Part shown: piece after piece, positions 1 to 13,526 of the stretch
Layout of the letters: each line of letters begins with the position of its first letter
Position numbering within the stretch: the first letter of the stretch is position 1
From: Bilabrum cf. latius
Taxonomy: Eukaryota
Length of the DNA: 62,732 nt
Reading direction: 5' to 3'
NCBI GenBank assembly: GCA_965178125.1
Contig: OZ237744.1
Coordinates: 1,302,001-1,364,732 of the forward strand
Program-made: the position numbers and the translations under genes
The notes under the pieces: generated by a model
Databases searched by the model: none
Told to the model about the DNA's origin: nothing
What the model saw: the letters and a program-made list of their open reading frames with translations, nothing else

Positions 1-2364
1 GGACGCGCGTTCACTCAAGCATCTCGCGTTTCGGCGCGCACCGCAGCTATGGTGAGTGTACGGACAGGTGTTTCGATGCGATATTCTGGTCTACGTGGCG
101 ATCAACTGTACAGCTCATGCTTTGGAATCGTGCATACTGATCGCTATTTGGAAAGATATCGTGAAACAATGTAATTGTGCCGATGTATCGAGTTATCCCG
201 ATTGTTGCCGTGAAAACATACGTCTGAATTGTTGATTGAGATGGCCACGCATCTGCCGACTGGACGTGGCGCGAGCACTGATGGCGAACTGGAACGGAAC
301 TGTCGCTCCATTATATTGGAAACTATGGCCAGAATACATCATTTTGATTTACACTGCCTGTCCTTGATCTGACTTTCGCAGCGCGGTGGGTTCATGCGCC
401 GCTGGCAGTCGAACGTGGCTGTAGGCGAGGATATCATTGGAATTGATCTGGGCACAACTAACAGCTGTGTGGCGACTATGGAGGGCACTACTGCTCGTGT
501 TATTGAGAACAGTGAAGGTGCCCGAACAACCCCGTCTATCGTTGCCTTCGCCAAGGATGGCGAGAGGCTGGTGGGCAAGCCCGCCCAGCGCCAGGCCACC
601 ACGAACCCCAAGAACACCGTGTTCGCCGCCAAGCGCCTCATTGGGCGAGCTTTTGACGACGCTGAGGTGCAGAAGGCCCAGAAGCTGGTACCCTACGAGA
701 TTGTGAAGTCTTCTAGCGGGGACGCGTGGATCCAGACGACTGGCGGGGAGCAGTACTCGCCCTCGCAGATCGGCAGCTTTGTGCTGACCAAGATGAAGGA
801 GACCGCGGAGAGCTTCCTCGGGAGGCCCGTGAAGAAGGCCGTGGTGACCGTGCCCGCCTACTTCAACGACTCCCAGCGCCAGGCCACCAAGGACGCCGGC
901 AAGATCGCCGGGCTCGACGTGCAGCGCATCATCAACGAGCCCACGGCCGCCGCTCTTGCGTACGGCCTCGACAAGGCGGACGGTAAGGTGATCGCGGTGT
1001 ACGACCTGGGCGGGGGCACCTTCGATGTGTCCATCTTGGAGATCAGCGCGGGCGTGTTCGAGGTGAAGGCCACGAACGGCGACACCATGCTGGGCGGGGA
1101 GGACTTCGACGACACGCTGGTGCAGTGGACCGTTGCCGAGTTCAAGAAGGAGTCGGGCATCGACCTGGGCTCGGATGCCATGGCCATGCAGCGCGTGCGC
1201 GAGGCAGCCGAGAAGGCCAAGCGCGAGCTGGACGGCGTCAAGCAGACTGACATTAACCTGCCTTTCATCACCTCGGATGCGTCTGGCCCCAAGCACTTGA
1301 ACCTGTCACTGAGCAGGGCAGCCTTCGAGAGCATGGTACAGCCCCTGTTGGACCGGTCCGTGGAGCCGTGCAACAAGTGCATCAGCGATGCCGGGCTTAG
1401 CGTGAGTGAGGTGAACGAGGTGCTGCTGGTGGGCGGCATGACGCGCATGCCCAAGGTAGCCGAGGTGGTGGAGAAGACCTTCAGCAAGAAGCCCTCCAAG
1501 GGCGTGAACCCCGACGAGGTTGTGGCCATGGGCGCGGCCATCCAGGGCGGCGTGCTCAAGGGAGACATCAAGGACATGATCCTGCTGGACGTGACCCCCT
1601 TGTCCCTGGGAATCGAGACGCTGGGCGGCGTCATGACCAAGCTCATCCCCAGGAACACGACCATCCCCGCCAAGAAGGGCCAGACCTTCAGCACGGCCGC
1701 GGACAACCAGACTCAGGTAGGCATCAAGGTCTTCCAGGGCGAGCGAGAGATGGCCTCGGACAACAAGCTGCTGGGGCAGTTCGACCTCGTCGGCATCCCC
1801 CCCGCGCCCCGCGGCGTGCCCCAGATTGAGGTTACCTTTGACATCGACGCGAACGGCATGGTGAACGTGGCGGCCAAGGACAAGGCCACCGGCAAGGAAC
1901 AGAGCATCGTGATCCAGAGCAGCGGCGGGCTGAGCGAGGCCGAGATCGAGAACATGGTCAACCAGGCCGAGCAGTACGCCGAGGCTGATAAGCAGCGCAA
2001 GGAGCTCATCGAGCAGAGGAACGACCTTGACTCGCTCATCTACGGCACTGAGAAGAGCCTGAGCGAGCACAAGGCCAAGCTCAGCGAGGAGGACGTCAAG
2101 GCCGTCGAGGACGCCCTGGCGGCTGCCAACGGAGTCAAGGACAGCGACGATTTGGAAGACGTCAAGGCCAAGAACCAGGCTTTGCAGCAGGCCGCCATGA
2201 AGATCGGCCAGGCGGCCTACGGGCAGCAGGCTGGTGCCGGTGCGGCCGGCACTGGGGCCGCAGGAGCCGAGGGCGCCGAGGGCGCGTCTGCCGGCGCAGA
2301 GGAGGCCAAGGAGGAGGGCGAGGGCAAGGTGCATGACGCCGAGTTCAAGGAGAAGAAGGAGTGA
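1..2364 (+). CDS. HSPA9: Mitochondrial Hsp70 (DnaK/mortalin), 5'-partial; intron 52-381
   Basis: [28 protein letters not shown] and [10 protein letters not shown] motifs. Exon 1-51 ([17 protein letters not shown]) splices via GTGAGT...CTGAC...CAG into an Arg-rich transit peptide. TGA stop. No TAG codons. Confidence 0.95.
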
Positions 2365-2594
2365 AGCGCGCCAGATTCTAGCTTGGGGCTAGGAAGGAAT
2401 GGTATAAATTTGTTTGTCGCCTGCCCCGTCAGGTGAGGTGGCGCGGTTCTCGTGTTGCTCTATGCACAGCCTGGACATGAAAAAACAATGCAGAATCTTA
2501 GCACTTGTCTTGCTTCGTGGAAATGATACTAATTGCTAAGAAGCAGTTTTAAAATCACCTTTGCGATGAAAGAAAAATCGAGCAGCGCGCGGGA

Positions 2595-4326
2595 TCACCT
2601 GCCCCCGCCTGCAGCAGACCCGACGCCGCTCCCCGGCGGCGGCACCACGTCCTCCTCCTCGATCTTTCGGATGAGCTCCACCGAGTACGCGGGGTCGCTG
2701 AACTTGACTGCGTCCGGTGGGAACACTGCGTTGATCTTCTCGATGGCCTCGACGACCTTGCCCGTGGCACTGCGCTTGATCTGCTGCACGCGAGCCAGCA
2801 GGCCCGTCTTGAGGAAGGCCGCGCGGGCGGCGCGGTCGTTCGGGAGAATGGCCGCGTACTGCTGCAGTACGTACTGCTGGATCTTCGGGTTCGCGTCCTT
2901 GAGCAAGGGGGAGAGGGCGGCACCGTCTGTACAGTTGACCAGCACGGCCTTGAGGGCCCGCTTGGCCTTGGTCCGGAGGTCAGGGCTCGAGTCTTCCCGC
3001 ACGTGCAGCACCACCATGGGCTGCAGCACGCCTGCATCAGACAGATACCTGGCCAAAGTGGGCGAATGCCTCCCGATCTGGCTCAGCGTCCACACAGTGG
3101 CGGCCTTGACGTGGTCCTCGGGCTCGTGGCTCAGGGCATCCTTGAGCGCAATCACCCCGTCCGCCATCTGCACCGTCATGGCCAGCGTCTCGGAGAATGC
3201 GCAAATGTACCCGATGGCCATGATACCCGGCAGCCGAACGTTGCCCCTGTTGTTCATCACAAAGTCCACCAGCGCCTCGGAGCCGCCGGCGTTCACCACC
3301 AGCTTGGCCAGCTCGTCGCTGTGTTTGACCACCTCCCGGATGCAGGTGGCGCTGTTTTTACGCACGTACAGGTCCGCATCCCTGAGGCACGCCAGGATCC
3401 TGGGGAAGATCTCGGTCTCCACCACGGACTCGGCGAGGTCGACGGAGTGCTTGCTGACCTGCGCCAGGCACGAGCATACCTGGCGCTTCAGGCGGGCGTC
3501 ATCGTGGGTTACCATGCCGGCCAGGAACGGGAGCGCGCCTGCGTCCACCACGTGCTGCGCCAGCTCCGGGGTGTGCTTGGCGATGTCGGACAGTGCCGAG
3601 GTGGACACGCGCCGCAGCGAGATCTCGGGCTCCTGCACGCACAGCACCAGCTGCTGCACCGCGCCTGCTTCCACGACTGCCTGGGCCAGCTCAGCGGTGT
3701 GCGAGGCAATGAATCCCAGGGCCCACACGGCGGACTCCTTGACGGATGGGTCGAACTCCTCGAGGCATGCCACCAGCGCGTCCAGGGCGCCGCTCTCCAC
3801 CACCGCCTGCGCGAGCTCGGGTGAATGCTTCGCCACGGCGCGGAGCACAAACGCTGCCGCCTTCTTATAAAACCTATTCTGCTCGGCAAGAGAATACACC
3901 AGCTGGGGCAGGATGTCGTTCGCAACGACTGCTTCAGCAAGTTCGTCGGAGTAAGAAGCCAAGCGCCCCAGAGCCAGGGCAGCAGTTTGCTGGATACTAG
4001 GGACCTGCGCATGGTACATTAAGGTAATTGAGTGGAAAGAGCGACGGATACACGATGGAAGATTCTCATTTCGGCTGCAAGAGGGACATCGCATATCGCG
4101 CCAATGCCAAGTGAGCGGCTGCGGCATCTGCCTGATGGCTTCGGTATGGTGATTGATCTCAAGATCTCACGTTGTCCAACAAGAGTGGTCTGAGAAGCTG
4201 CATCACGCCGCAGTTCTGCATCGTATCCATGTTTGCAGGCCTAGTTGCAGCTTCGGCTATGGCTTGCACGAACTGCACCCTCGACTTCTGGTACCGCTCA
4301 AAGACGGCAATCAAAGAAGATGACAT
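2595..4326 (-). CDS. SPAG6: SPAG6/PF16 axonemal central-pair armadillo-repeat protein; intron 4005-4170
   Basis: Exon 1 MSSSLIAVFERYQKSRVQFVQ...LLRPLLLDN joins VPSIQQTAALALGRLA; NRFYKKAAAFVLRAVAKHSPELAQ. TGA stop. Confidence 0.93.
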
Positions 4327-4546
4327 GGTGCTATACTTATAGCTTCAAGCTCTATATGTCCTGTCGAAACTCTACTATATGCCTTGACAAGCGGTATAAT
4401 GCTGGTTTAGCAGGTCTACCGATCCGTTGCGCAACGTCATATTCATGAACGTTCGTTTCACAACCATGATTAATAAGGTGCACTTTTGGCTTCGTGAGGG
4501 GAGCTCGGCGCTTGACCCGGCCACAGCATCGTTGTTGCCTTCCGTC

Positions 4547-6174
4547 ATGCCCAAAAAAGTAGGGAAGTACGAATTAGGTCGTACTTTGGGTAGCGGTACG
4601 TTTGGGAAGTGAGTGCTGATTATTGGGAGCGATACATTGCACACATACCGCCGCAATACGAAGCCAGTCCACGATCCTCGCGTTGAGTCCGCAGGGTGAA
4701 GTTTGGCGTCAACAGCGAGACTGGCGAGCAGGTGGCCATTAAGATTCTAGATAAGGAGAAGATCCAACAGAACAACATGGGTGCACAGATCAAGAAAGAG
4801 GTGAGACGAAACCAACTGCGCCATGTGTCAGCTGCAGTTTGGGCTCTCTTGCAATTCAGTCTAGATTCAAGCTCAACTTCCTACTGTTCGCAGATTTCCA
4901 TCATGAAAATGATCGCGCACCCCAACGTCGTGCGCTTGTTCGAGGTGCTGGCCTCCCGCTCGAAGATCTTTATCGTGCTCGAGCTTGTCACCGGCGGCGA
5001 GCTCTTCGACAAAATCGTTGCAGAGGGGCGATTCAAAGAAAGCATGGCTAGGTTCTACTTCAAGCAGCTCATGGAAGCCGTGAAGTACTGCCACGACCAG
5101 GGAGTGGCCCATCGCGACCTGAAGCCCGAGAACCTGCTGCTGGACGCTGCGAGCCATCTCAAGATTTCCGATTTCGGCCTCTCGGCGCTGTACACCGGCG
5201 CTGATGGAGACACCTCCCGCGCCACTCTGCTGCATACGACCTGCGGCACCCCCAACTACGTGGCCCCCGAGGTGCTGCAGGACAAGGGGTACGACGGAGC
5301 GGCGGCCGACATCTGGAGCTGCGGCGTGATCCTGTACGTGCTGCGGGCGGGGTTCCTGCCCTTCGACGAAGTTCACATGTCCGCCTTATTCAAGAAGATC
5401 CAAAAAGCAGAGTACGTGTTTCCGGACTGGTTCGAGCCCGAGCTCAAGGACCTCATCGAGCGCATCCTGGTGCCCGACCCCAGCAAGAGGTACGGTCTTG
5501 AGGACATCCTGGGCCACCCGTGGCTCAAGGGGCCCCTCGAGTCGGCGGCTGGACCAGTGGAAGCAGATGGAGCGGCTGCAGAGACGGCCCCGGAAGGGCC
5601 CGCAGCGACAGGCGGGGCAGGAGCAGGAGCAGGAGCAGGGGAAGCGGCAGCAGCCAAGCCCGCCTCGGCGGCCTCCCTCACGTCGCCCCCCTCTGCCAAA
5701 GACGTGGCCGAGGCCGTGGCGGAGGGCGTGAAGGAGGAGGGCGACGATGAGGGTGTACCCGTGCTGAACGCCTTCGAGGTGGTGAACCTGTTCGGCAGCC
5801 TGAGCCTCAACCGCATGCTCGCGGGGCAGGCCACGCATGTAGGGAACAACAAGTTCGTCACCGAGAGACCTCCTGCTGAGGTGCTGGACAAGGCGGCAAG
5901 CGTGCTGCAAGAAGCGCTGGGCGGAGATGTGCGGCAGGACAAGGAGACGTGTCGGCTGGAGGCCGAGGTGCTGACCAAGAACGGGGCTATTGGCGTGAAC
6001 GTGCAGCTGTACAAGATGACGGATTCGATGCACCTGGTGGAGATCGAGAGGGGCAGGGGCGACATCCTTGCCTTCAAGGACACGTTCATCACGCTCAGGA
6101 AGGAGCTGGAGCCGCTGGTCGCGAGCTCGGAGGAGGCTGGAGAGGGGGCGGCGGCGGGGGGCGCGGGCACGTGA
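4547..6174 (+). CDS. CBL-interacting (CIPK/SnRK3-type) Ser/Thr kinase with NAF domain; introns 4609-4694 and 4801-4893
   Basis: KVGKYELGRTLGSGTFGKV, HRDLKPENLLLD, LHTTCGTPNYVAPEV, and a C-terminal LNAFEVV NAF motif. Canonical splice sites. TGA stop. Confidence 0.9.
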
Positions 6175-6308
6175 GCTGAATCCTTTGCTTGAACTAGTGC
6201 TTGCAAGGGGCTTGTACCACGAGTAGCTGTATCGTGCTCAAATCCAAAAATTCTGAAGTCGATACAGGGTACACAGCTCGCTATAAACCATCACATGTTG
6301 GCCCCAGC

Positions 6309-8681
6309 TCACAGGTGTGCCCCCCCACGTTTAGGGCTGTCCCTGGATGGCACACCATCGGGGAGCAGAGAGTCAATGATAGGGGGGACTGCAGCGGGCA
6401 AGTGCCGCCAGGGCCACTGGCTCCACTCTGTCGCCGTCCCGTCCGTGTCTCTGCTGCTGCCCCCGCCCGCCCGATCCACCTCGATCCTTTGCAGGGCCTC
6501 AAGCGCCGCCCTCTCCCCTGTCAGCATGGCCCCGTGCACCGTCATTGGCGAGTCCCACAGCTCAAAGGCACCCGATGTGGCCTCGCCAGCGAACAGCAAG
6601 CGCCCGTCCCAGGCCGGTCTCGCCAGCGCGCGCCGCATGGCCAGCCCGGCGCTCACGTGCACCCCGCCACCTCCATCTGCATCTGGCCCCGGGCTCATCC
6701 CACCACGGGGAAGGTCCGGCCGAGGCACGACCCTGGCGCACTCGATCCGATCCAGCGGGTGGGCCCTCGTGTATCCCCCGAGCACGTGGGGGTGCGCGTG
6801 CACCGCACCGGAGCCCCGCAGCAGCTCCTCTGGTCCCCACGCCACCACTGCTCCGCCCATGAAGCAGTCCACTGCATCTGCCCATGCATCCTCCGAGTGC
6901 TCGTCGCCGCCACTGGTGCGACTTGCAGGGAACATGCGGGAAAGCTGGCTAGCGGCCCGGGCGAGGACGAGGGAGGCGTGCTGGGCAAGCACTGCCTCTG
7001 CGCGCTCACCCATGGCGAATCCAACCGCGATCCATTCTCCCTTCTGATCCGATCCAGCGGCTCCTTCCTCGGGGGATGAGGCAGCAGCACCCACTGACTG
7101 ACTCCGACTCCGAGCCCCAGCCCCAGCCCCAGCCCCAGCCCCAGCCCCGGCAATGGCTCCGAGCGCCCTAAGCCCCAGCTCGGACAGCACCGCCCCCCGC
7201 GCGCTGCCTTCAGGGCCCTGCACCTGGCAGCCGCCGTCCACCAACGAGGTCCGGCCCAAACCCAGGCTAGCCTCTTCACCCCCTGGTTCGCTGGCTCCTG
7301 CCCCTGCCTGTGCCCCTGCCTTGGCCACAGGCGAGTCCTTGGCTTCGACCGACAACTGATGATCCCTGTCCCCGGGCCCCCCATCCGGAGACCGGAACCA
7401 GAACTCGGCGATTGGAGCAGCATCCATCGCCGCGCTCACCCTCAGCCGGCCCTCAGCAGTCCGTCTCTCTGGGGGGGCAGGGGCGGCTGCCACGCTGCCG
7501 TGGCAATCGAGGGGCCAAGCGCGAGCACTGAATCGGAGGAGGACTTTCACCGCTGGTTGCAGGTTGAGCGCACCTGCGACTTGAATCTTGGTAGCTGGCA
7601 GGGGAGGGGAGAAACTGATGGGTCGCGGTACCTTGCTCGACTCAGTGCCGTTGCCATTGGTAGTAATCGACTCCGGGGGAGCTGCATGCACCACCACTCT
7701 GGCCCGGACCTCTGTTGGCCCTACGCTATCACCAGCCCGCATCACTTTCAGAGCTATATGTGCACCGTCTCTGCCCTAGTCCCTGCCGACAGGCAGCAGC
7801 CGAATCTCGCTCACCACGCACCCCGTCCACACCTCCGTCCCATCGGCAAGCGCTCGCACTACAGCCCCCATGCCGCCCTCGCAGCGACTGTCTCCCTCCA
7901 CCGCATCGCCCCCAAGCTCCCACATGCGAGATATCGCCGCGCTGGCTCTCAGCCCGGCGCGCCTCCCCGAGGCACCGCACGTGTTGGCGAACCCCGCGCA
8001 CAGCATTGCCTCCCCCGCTGGGCCCAGGCCTTGGGAGCAGGCCCACGTGCCCAGGGTGCGGCCGTCCGACTCTAACAGGGGCCGGCGGAACACCGTCCCC
8101 ACAGGGGCTGTGGCTCGCTTCCTTGCGCAATACGCCGCCAGGCTGCTCTCCTCCTGAGCGAGCGGGGCGGCCACGTCTGCCAGGGCCCACGCAGCTTCGA
8201 ATCCGCGGTCGATCTGCTTGTAAGGGTCGTCCAGAGGACCCCCAGGGCTGGCAAAGTTGAAGGATTTGCTGCTCCCAACCACCTCGGTGTGCCTCCTGAA
8301 CGGGGTGGCTGCTCCACCGTTCGGCGATGCGTCAGTGAGCGAGCCGTAGTAGCCCGCACCATCCTCCCTGTCATCATCGGGTCCGCCATCTCCTGGAGAC
8401 CAGGTAAACAGGGACCGTCTTGTAGCTTTGGCCGCATCGGCCAAATATCGCAGCAAAGATCTCTCCCCGTGGATGAACTCGGCGCCGACGTCCAGTTTTG
8501 GGGAATTGGACCATAATGCGCCGGTATCGGAGGCGCAAAGGCGACCTCCTGCTCGCTCCGACGCTTCTAGCACAAGAACTCGGAGTGATCTAGTTGTTGA
8601 AGCGGAATTCAAACACTTCGCGCACCACATCCCGGCAGCACCTGCCCCAACAATGACAACATCAAAATAAGTATCCGCCAT
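6309..8681 (-). CDS. Flavin-containing amine oxidase (one in-frame TAG at 7776-7778)
   Basis: N-terminal DVVIVGAGAAG...LEASERAGGR and GAEFIHG; C-terminal GRLLFAGEAT...TVHGAMLTGERAA. The two track ORFs share a frame and are separated only by TAG. TGA stop. Confidence 0.85.
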
Positions 8682-8958
8682 TGCCTAGATGTACCGTCCG
8701 GTTTCCAGGCCAGTTCTCAGGTGTGTCTATGAAAACAGGTTAATTGTTCGGTGAAGGATCGACTTAATCCGTGTATGGGTCCCTTTTTGGGTCGGTTTCG
8801 CTTGAAACACTTGCCCCGAGAAATCCGTGCAGTTGCGACTCCGAATTGTCGAGGCGGTTCAAAATTTTCCAGCATTCTGGGCAAGAGCAGCTTAGTCTTT
8901 GGGTGTTTCTACCCGTTGAGGTGCTTTAGTTCATGTTGCGTGCCTAAATACAGACGAA

Positions 8959-11900
8959 ATGAGCTACGTGAGGAGTTTTTCTTTACGTCCAGCCAAGGTA
9001 TGGATCGGCCACCCAACGACCAAGTAGCCACTTTTCCCTATCTAAGCGCAGGGAGGATTCGGAGATCAGCATGATGATTCATATGATGATAGTTTTGGCC
9101 ATTAGTATGGCGATACCTAGTCATCCAGGCTCGATGGATATCGGCCTGTTGAGTCCGAACCGTATGATGCCGCTTTCCATGAATCCCAAGGCGCATTGGC
9201 CGGCGGAAACATGTACGATTTCGATCTAAGCACCAGCAGTAAGGGAAAAAAGAAATCTAAGAAGTCAAAAAAATCGAAGAAGCGCCGAAGTAGGCGGAGT
9301 TCTGCAGGAGATGGGGTGCAGCAGACTCGGGCAGCGATTGACGCCTGGCGCGAGCGACGTAGGAAACAGGAGGAGGAAGAAGCAGCAAAAGCTTCCGCCC
9401 CGAAATCTGACACACAAGCCACTGTATCAGATAGCCAAGCTCCCAAACGTGCTGCAGGCGGTGATGAATTCCGCGGGCGAGCGCAGTCTGCCAGCGCCGC
9501 CCTGGACTCTGACTCGGACTCGCTGGACGGGCTGATCGACAGCGAGGACCTGGACGACTCGGGGGCGGCGCAGAAGCGCTTGCTGGAAGCTAGAGAGAAT
9601 GCCCGCTCGAAGGCGCGGGCAGCGGTGGCCTCTCGCCATTCGCAGGCCTCGCGGTCTAGTTCTGTCTCGGGCGCCGGAGAGCGAGGCAGCGTGGCTGCGG
9701 TCACGGGAGTGGCTGCCAGCTTGGAAGGAGAGGGGGAGGGGGAAGGGGAGGGACAGGATACAGAGGGGGGGCGTGATGGAGAGGGTGGTTCCCTGGGAGC
9801 CCATGGGAGCATGGTCTCCGCTGACATCCATCGCGTGGACAGCGGGCCCAACGCGCCTCTTCGAAGGGCACCCAACTCTGAGGCTGAGGGCGGCGAGGGG
9901 GGAGATGAGGAGGAGGAAGACGTAACACAGAGACAGGGTGCGGGCGGATTCCTCTCGAGACCCACAGCTGAGCCAGCGAAACCAGGGGATGATATCCACC
10001 TGGACGAGACCCCGCCTCCCGGGGGAGGCAGCAGAGGCGACCGGCCAGCACACTCGACTCAAATAAGAGCTGGTGCAGGCGCAGTCGCAGGCACCTCCTT
10101 GACTGGCCCTAAGTCGCCTTCAGCCCAAGCCATGAGCAGTTTCGCTGCATTCAGAGACTTCTTGAAGGCCCCCGTGGCTGCACCGCAGGAGGTAGAGATT
10201 CCCGATGCAGAAGGTGGAGGCTCTCCTTCTCTCGAGGCTCCCGATGCAGCGGCTCAGACTGCAGGTGCTGGGGCCGGCGAGAGTGCATCGAGAGAAGGAG
10301 AGTACACAGATGTGGACAAGGCGGATGAAGATGATCGCAGCGAGGCGATTGATGCGTCTTCTCTGCGGCAGTCAGATGACCTGCCCCCGCCGCCTCCCCC
10401 ACCTGCGGACGAGCACGCCGGGAGTGTACCTGTCTCAGGTGCCGGTGCCGGTGCCGGTGCTGCTGCGGGCTCGTCTTCCTCTTCTGCAGCTACGAGCTCC
10501 CCTCTCCCCTCTACAGATGCTGTGAGTAAATCAGCGCAGCTGGAGGCAGATGCAGAACCCGGCCATGAGGCAGCCGGGGACTCCAGCTCGTCGGAAGCTC
10601 GACCGCACGCAGCAGCAAGCACCTCGTTCGGTGGGCAGCCATTGGACGTTCAATCGACGCAAGACGAGCAGCAGGAGGAGTACGACTCGTACTCAGAGCC
10701 ATCGGGGGATGAGCACAGCAGCGAGCCGCAGGGGCCAAAGCCTGGCTCAGCAGGAATTCATGGTGTGGATACTCCCGACAGCAGCGAGCAGCCTCGAGGA
10801 GGCGGAGACCATGAGCCTGGCCTGCAGGCCGATAGATCTCGTCCTGCGGCACCCAAGCAAGACGGCCCCCCGCCTGGGGCTGCCCACCTGCAGCCTCAGC
10901 CGCCCGCGCGCCCCAATCCTCATGTCGCAGAGGCACAGGCGGACACCAGCCCAGGCTCAGCTGCAAGTGACGAAGGCAGTCGAAGCGAGACCCAGGACCA
11001 GCCCACAGTGGCCGACTCCAAGACAGTGCTGAACGAAGCAGCAGCTGAAAGGGGCCAACCCGGCCAGGATAGCCCTGTGGAGACGACCCCCCGAGGTGTG
11101 GATGAAGCACCATAGCATGCCACCAACGGCAGGGACAGGGACAGGGGCAGGGACAGGGACAGGGCCCCGTCGGCCCCCCAAGATGAAGACGACAGCTTCG
11201 TAGTGCGCGCCGCCACCGCTGCACTGGTCCGCTCCCTGCAAGCGGCCCAGCTCCTCTCCTCGTCCAGGGAGGGCAGCATGCTCGGGTCCAGCGCGGCTAC
11301 CGCACGGGTGGCTCAGGACGAGGAGCCTCCTCCCCCGCCGCCTCCCCAGGATGGTGGTGGTGAGTCAATGGCGTGGGGATCAGCGCACAGCCGGTTTGGG
11401 CCTCAGGGCCAGAGCCAGAGCCGCCACGCGCAGCCGAGCCAGGGTCGAGCCCGGGGATCGAGACCCCCGCGGGTCCCCGTCACAGCACAAGCACGGTCCT
11501 CTGTGGAGATGACCAGGGCTCTGCTGAAGAGGCTCCAGCGGGCCGACGATGAAGCGGAGGCGCGCACGGCACCGCCGAGGGAAGCGAACGGACGCGCAGG
11601 CGGTGGCTCTAGCGGGGGTGAACATCGGCGTGCCACCCGTGGAGGGGCGGGGCACGCGCGAATGTCGCAGAAGTCGCTGCCGTCAAAGTCTCGAGTGCTT
11701 CGCGCGAGACGTCAAGGGGACCAGAGCCGTGCCAAGGGAGGGAAGATGAGGCCAGGCGCAGCAAGGGGCGCACGAAGCGCTGGCAAGGGCACAGGGACTC
11801 GCCTTAGTCTCACGGAGGAGGACCCTGATGTGGATGGGTTCGACAACAGCTCGTCACATGGCGGGGTCTCTGACGAGGACTGGGAGGGCCTGGTGCAAGC

Positions 11901-13492
11901 CAACTTGAGCCGAGTGAGCGAGGCAGAGACTGAGGCTGAGGAGGCGAGGGTGAGGGAGGGGCGCGAGCGGCTGAGGCGGCGCACGCTCGAGGCCAAGCTG
12001 CGCGGGGCCGAGTCCAGAGAGGACGTGCTGCGGCATCGGGTGGTCGAGCTGGAGTCCTCGCTGGCGGCGGGACTTACGGGCAGCGGGGGTCACAGCGGTG
12101 TCTCCGGCTTGGAGTCCATGCTGGATCAATCGGATGGAATTCGCGCTTTGGATCAGGCCCAGCGACAGCCTGCACCTGTTGCCCAGCAACAACCTGCATC
12201 CGCTGAGCAGCATCAACCGCGGTCGGCGCAACAGCAAAGGCAGTCAATACCATCCGAGCCAGCTGCTGAAACCACGCGTCCAACGCCTCTGGACGCACGA
12301 GGCCTCGCCCGGCACTTGGCCCCGCTGGTACGCTCCGATGTGCAGCGCGCCCTCTCGGCCAGCGGGCAAGGTGCTTCCCCTGACCTGCACAGAGCCGGAG
12401 TACCCCTGGATCCATCGTCCCGCATGGCCTCTATCCTGCGGCCCATGAGCGCCGTGCGGGCCCTCGAGGGGGAGCTGCACCTGCAGGCCACGCTCGTAAG
12501 GAGCATCGGACAGACATCCAGAGATGCATCCGGCGGGACGAAGCCAGGCGATCTAGATGCGGGTGAGCGCCGAGGGGGGGCCGCCACGGGCACGCAGCTG
12601 AGGTAGCGGCTGGCCGTAGACAAGGCCCACCGCGCCGAGGTGGACAAGTTGCAGGGCGAGGTGGAACAGCTCCGCAAGCAGCTGGAAGCGGAGCGGGCAA
12701 TCCCGCGTGATGCCCGCGCCCACCCCGACAGCACGGCTCCCAGGGGTGACGACTTGGCAGCGGCGGACGAAGAGCGCCGCGCCGCTCTGCGTCTGCCCCA
12801 GTCTGCTGACCGCGCCTCGCACCGTGGGCCCCAGGACGCGCTGGAGGAGCAGGCGGCCAGGGCGCCGCAGGGCTCTCTGCCCCGCAGGCTGCTCCTGCGG
12901 CTGCTACGTGAGAGAGAGGATGCCGCGGCGGCGGCAGCGGCAGCCGAGCGACGCATCGATTTCCTCGCGGAGCAGGAGCCCGAGCCGGGGACAGGGGCAG
13001 GTCGAGCTGAAAGCCGCCAGCAGCCCCCGCTGGGTGGTCCAGATGGAGCAGACGTGCCCGCAGCGTCTCATCGAAAACGGCTGCGTGCGGCAGACGAGGA
13101 GCTGAAGCAGCTGCGGGAGCAGGTAAGGCGGCTAGAGCGCGAGAGGCGCAAAGGGGAGGCCAGCGCCAGGACCCCCGGGCAGAAGCGAGAAGCGGCCCTG
13201 TCCAAGGCCCGGCGGGAGGCGGAGGCAGCGAGGGGCAAGGCGCGGGAGGCGGAGAAGAGAGCCAAGGAGGCAGAGGAGGAGGCTGAGCGGAGGGTGCGTG
13301 AAGCGAGGGCGCAGGCAGAGCGAGCGCGCGTGACCCTCCGCAAGCGGGATAACGACTTGCGAGCCCGGCTAGCAGCAGCTGAGGCGAAGGAGGTTGAGGC
13401 CTTGGAGGCCAAAGAGGCGAAGGAGGCAGAGCTGGCCGAGGCGCAGGTGGCACTGCGAGAGTTGAAGCTGAAGCGGAGCCAGAGGGGCCGGC

Positions 13493-13526
<34 letters not shown>

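Noticed and set aside
349-2334. Long antisense ORFs over Hsp70 (and similar ones over SPAG6, GDI, CCT7)
   Set aside because: Expected shadow ORFs of GC3-biased coding sequence.
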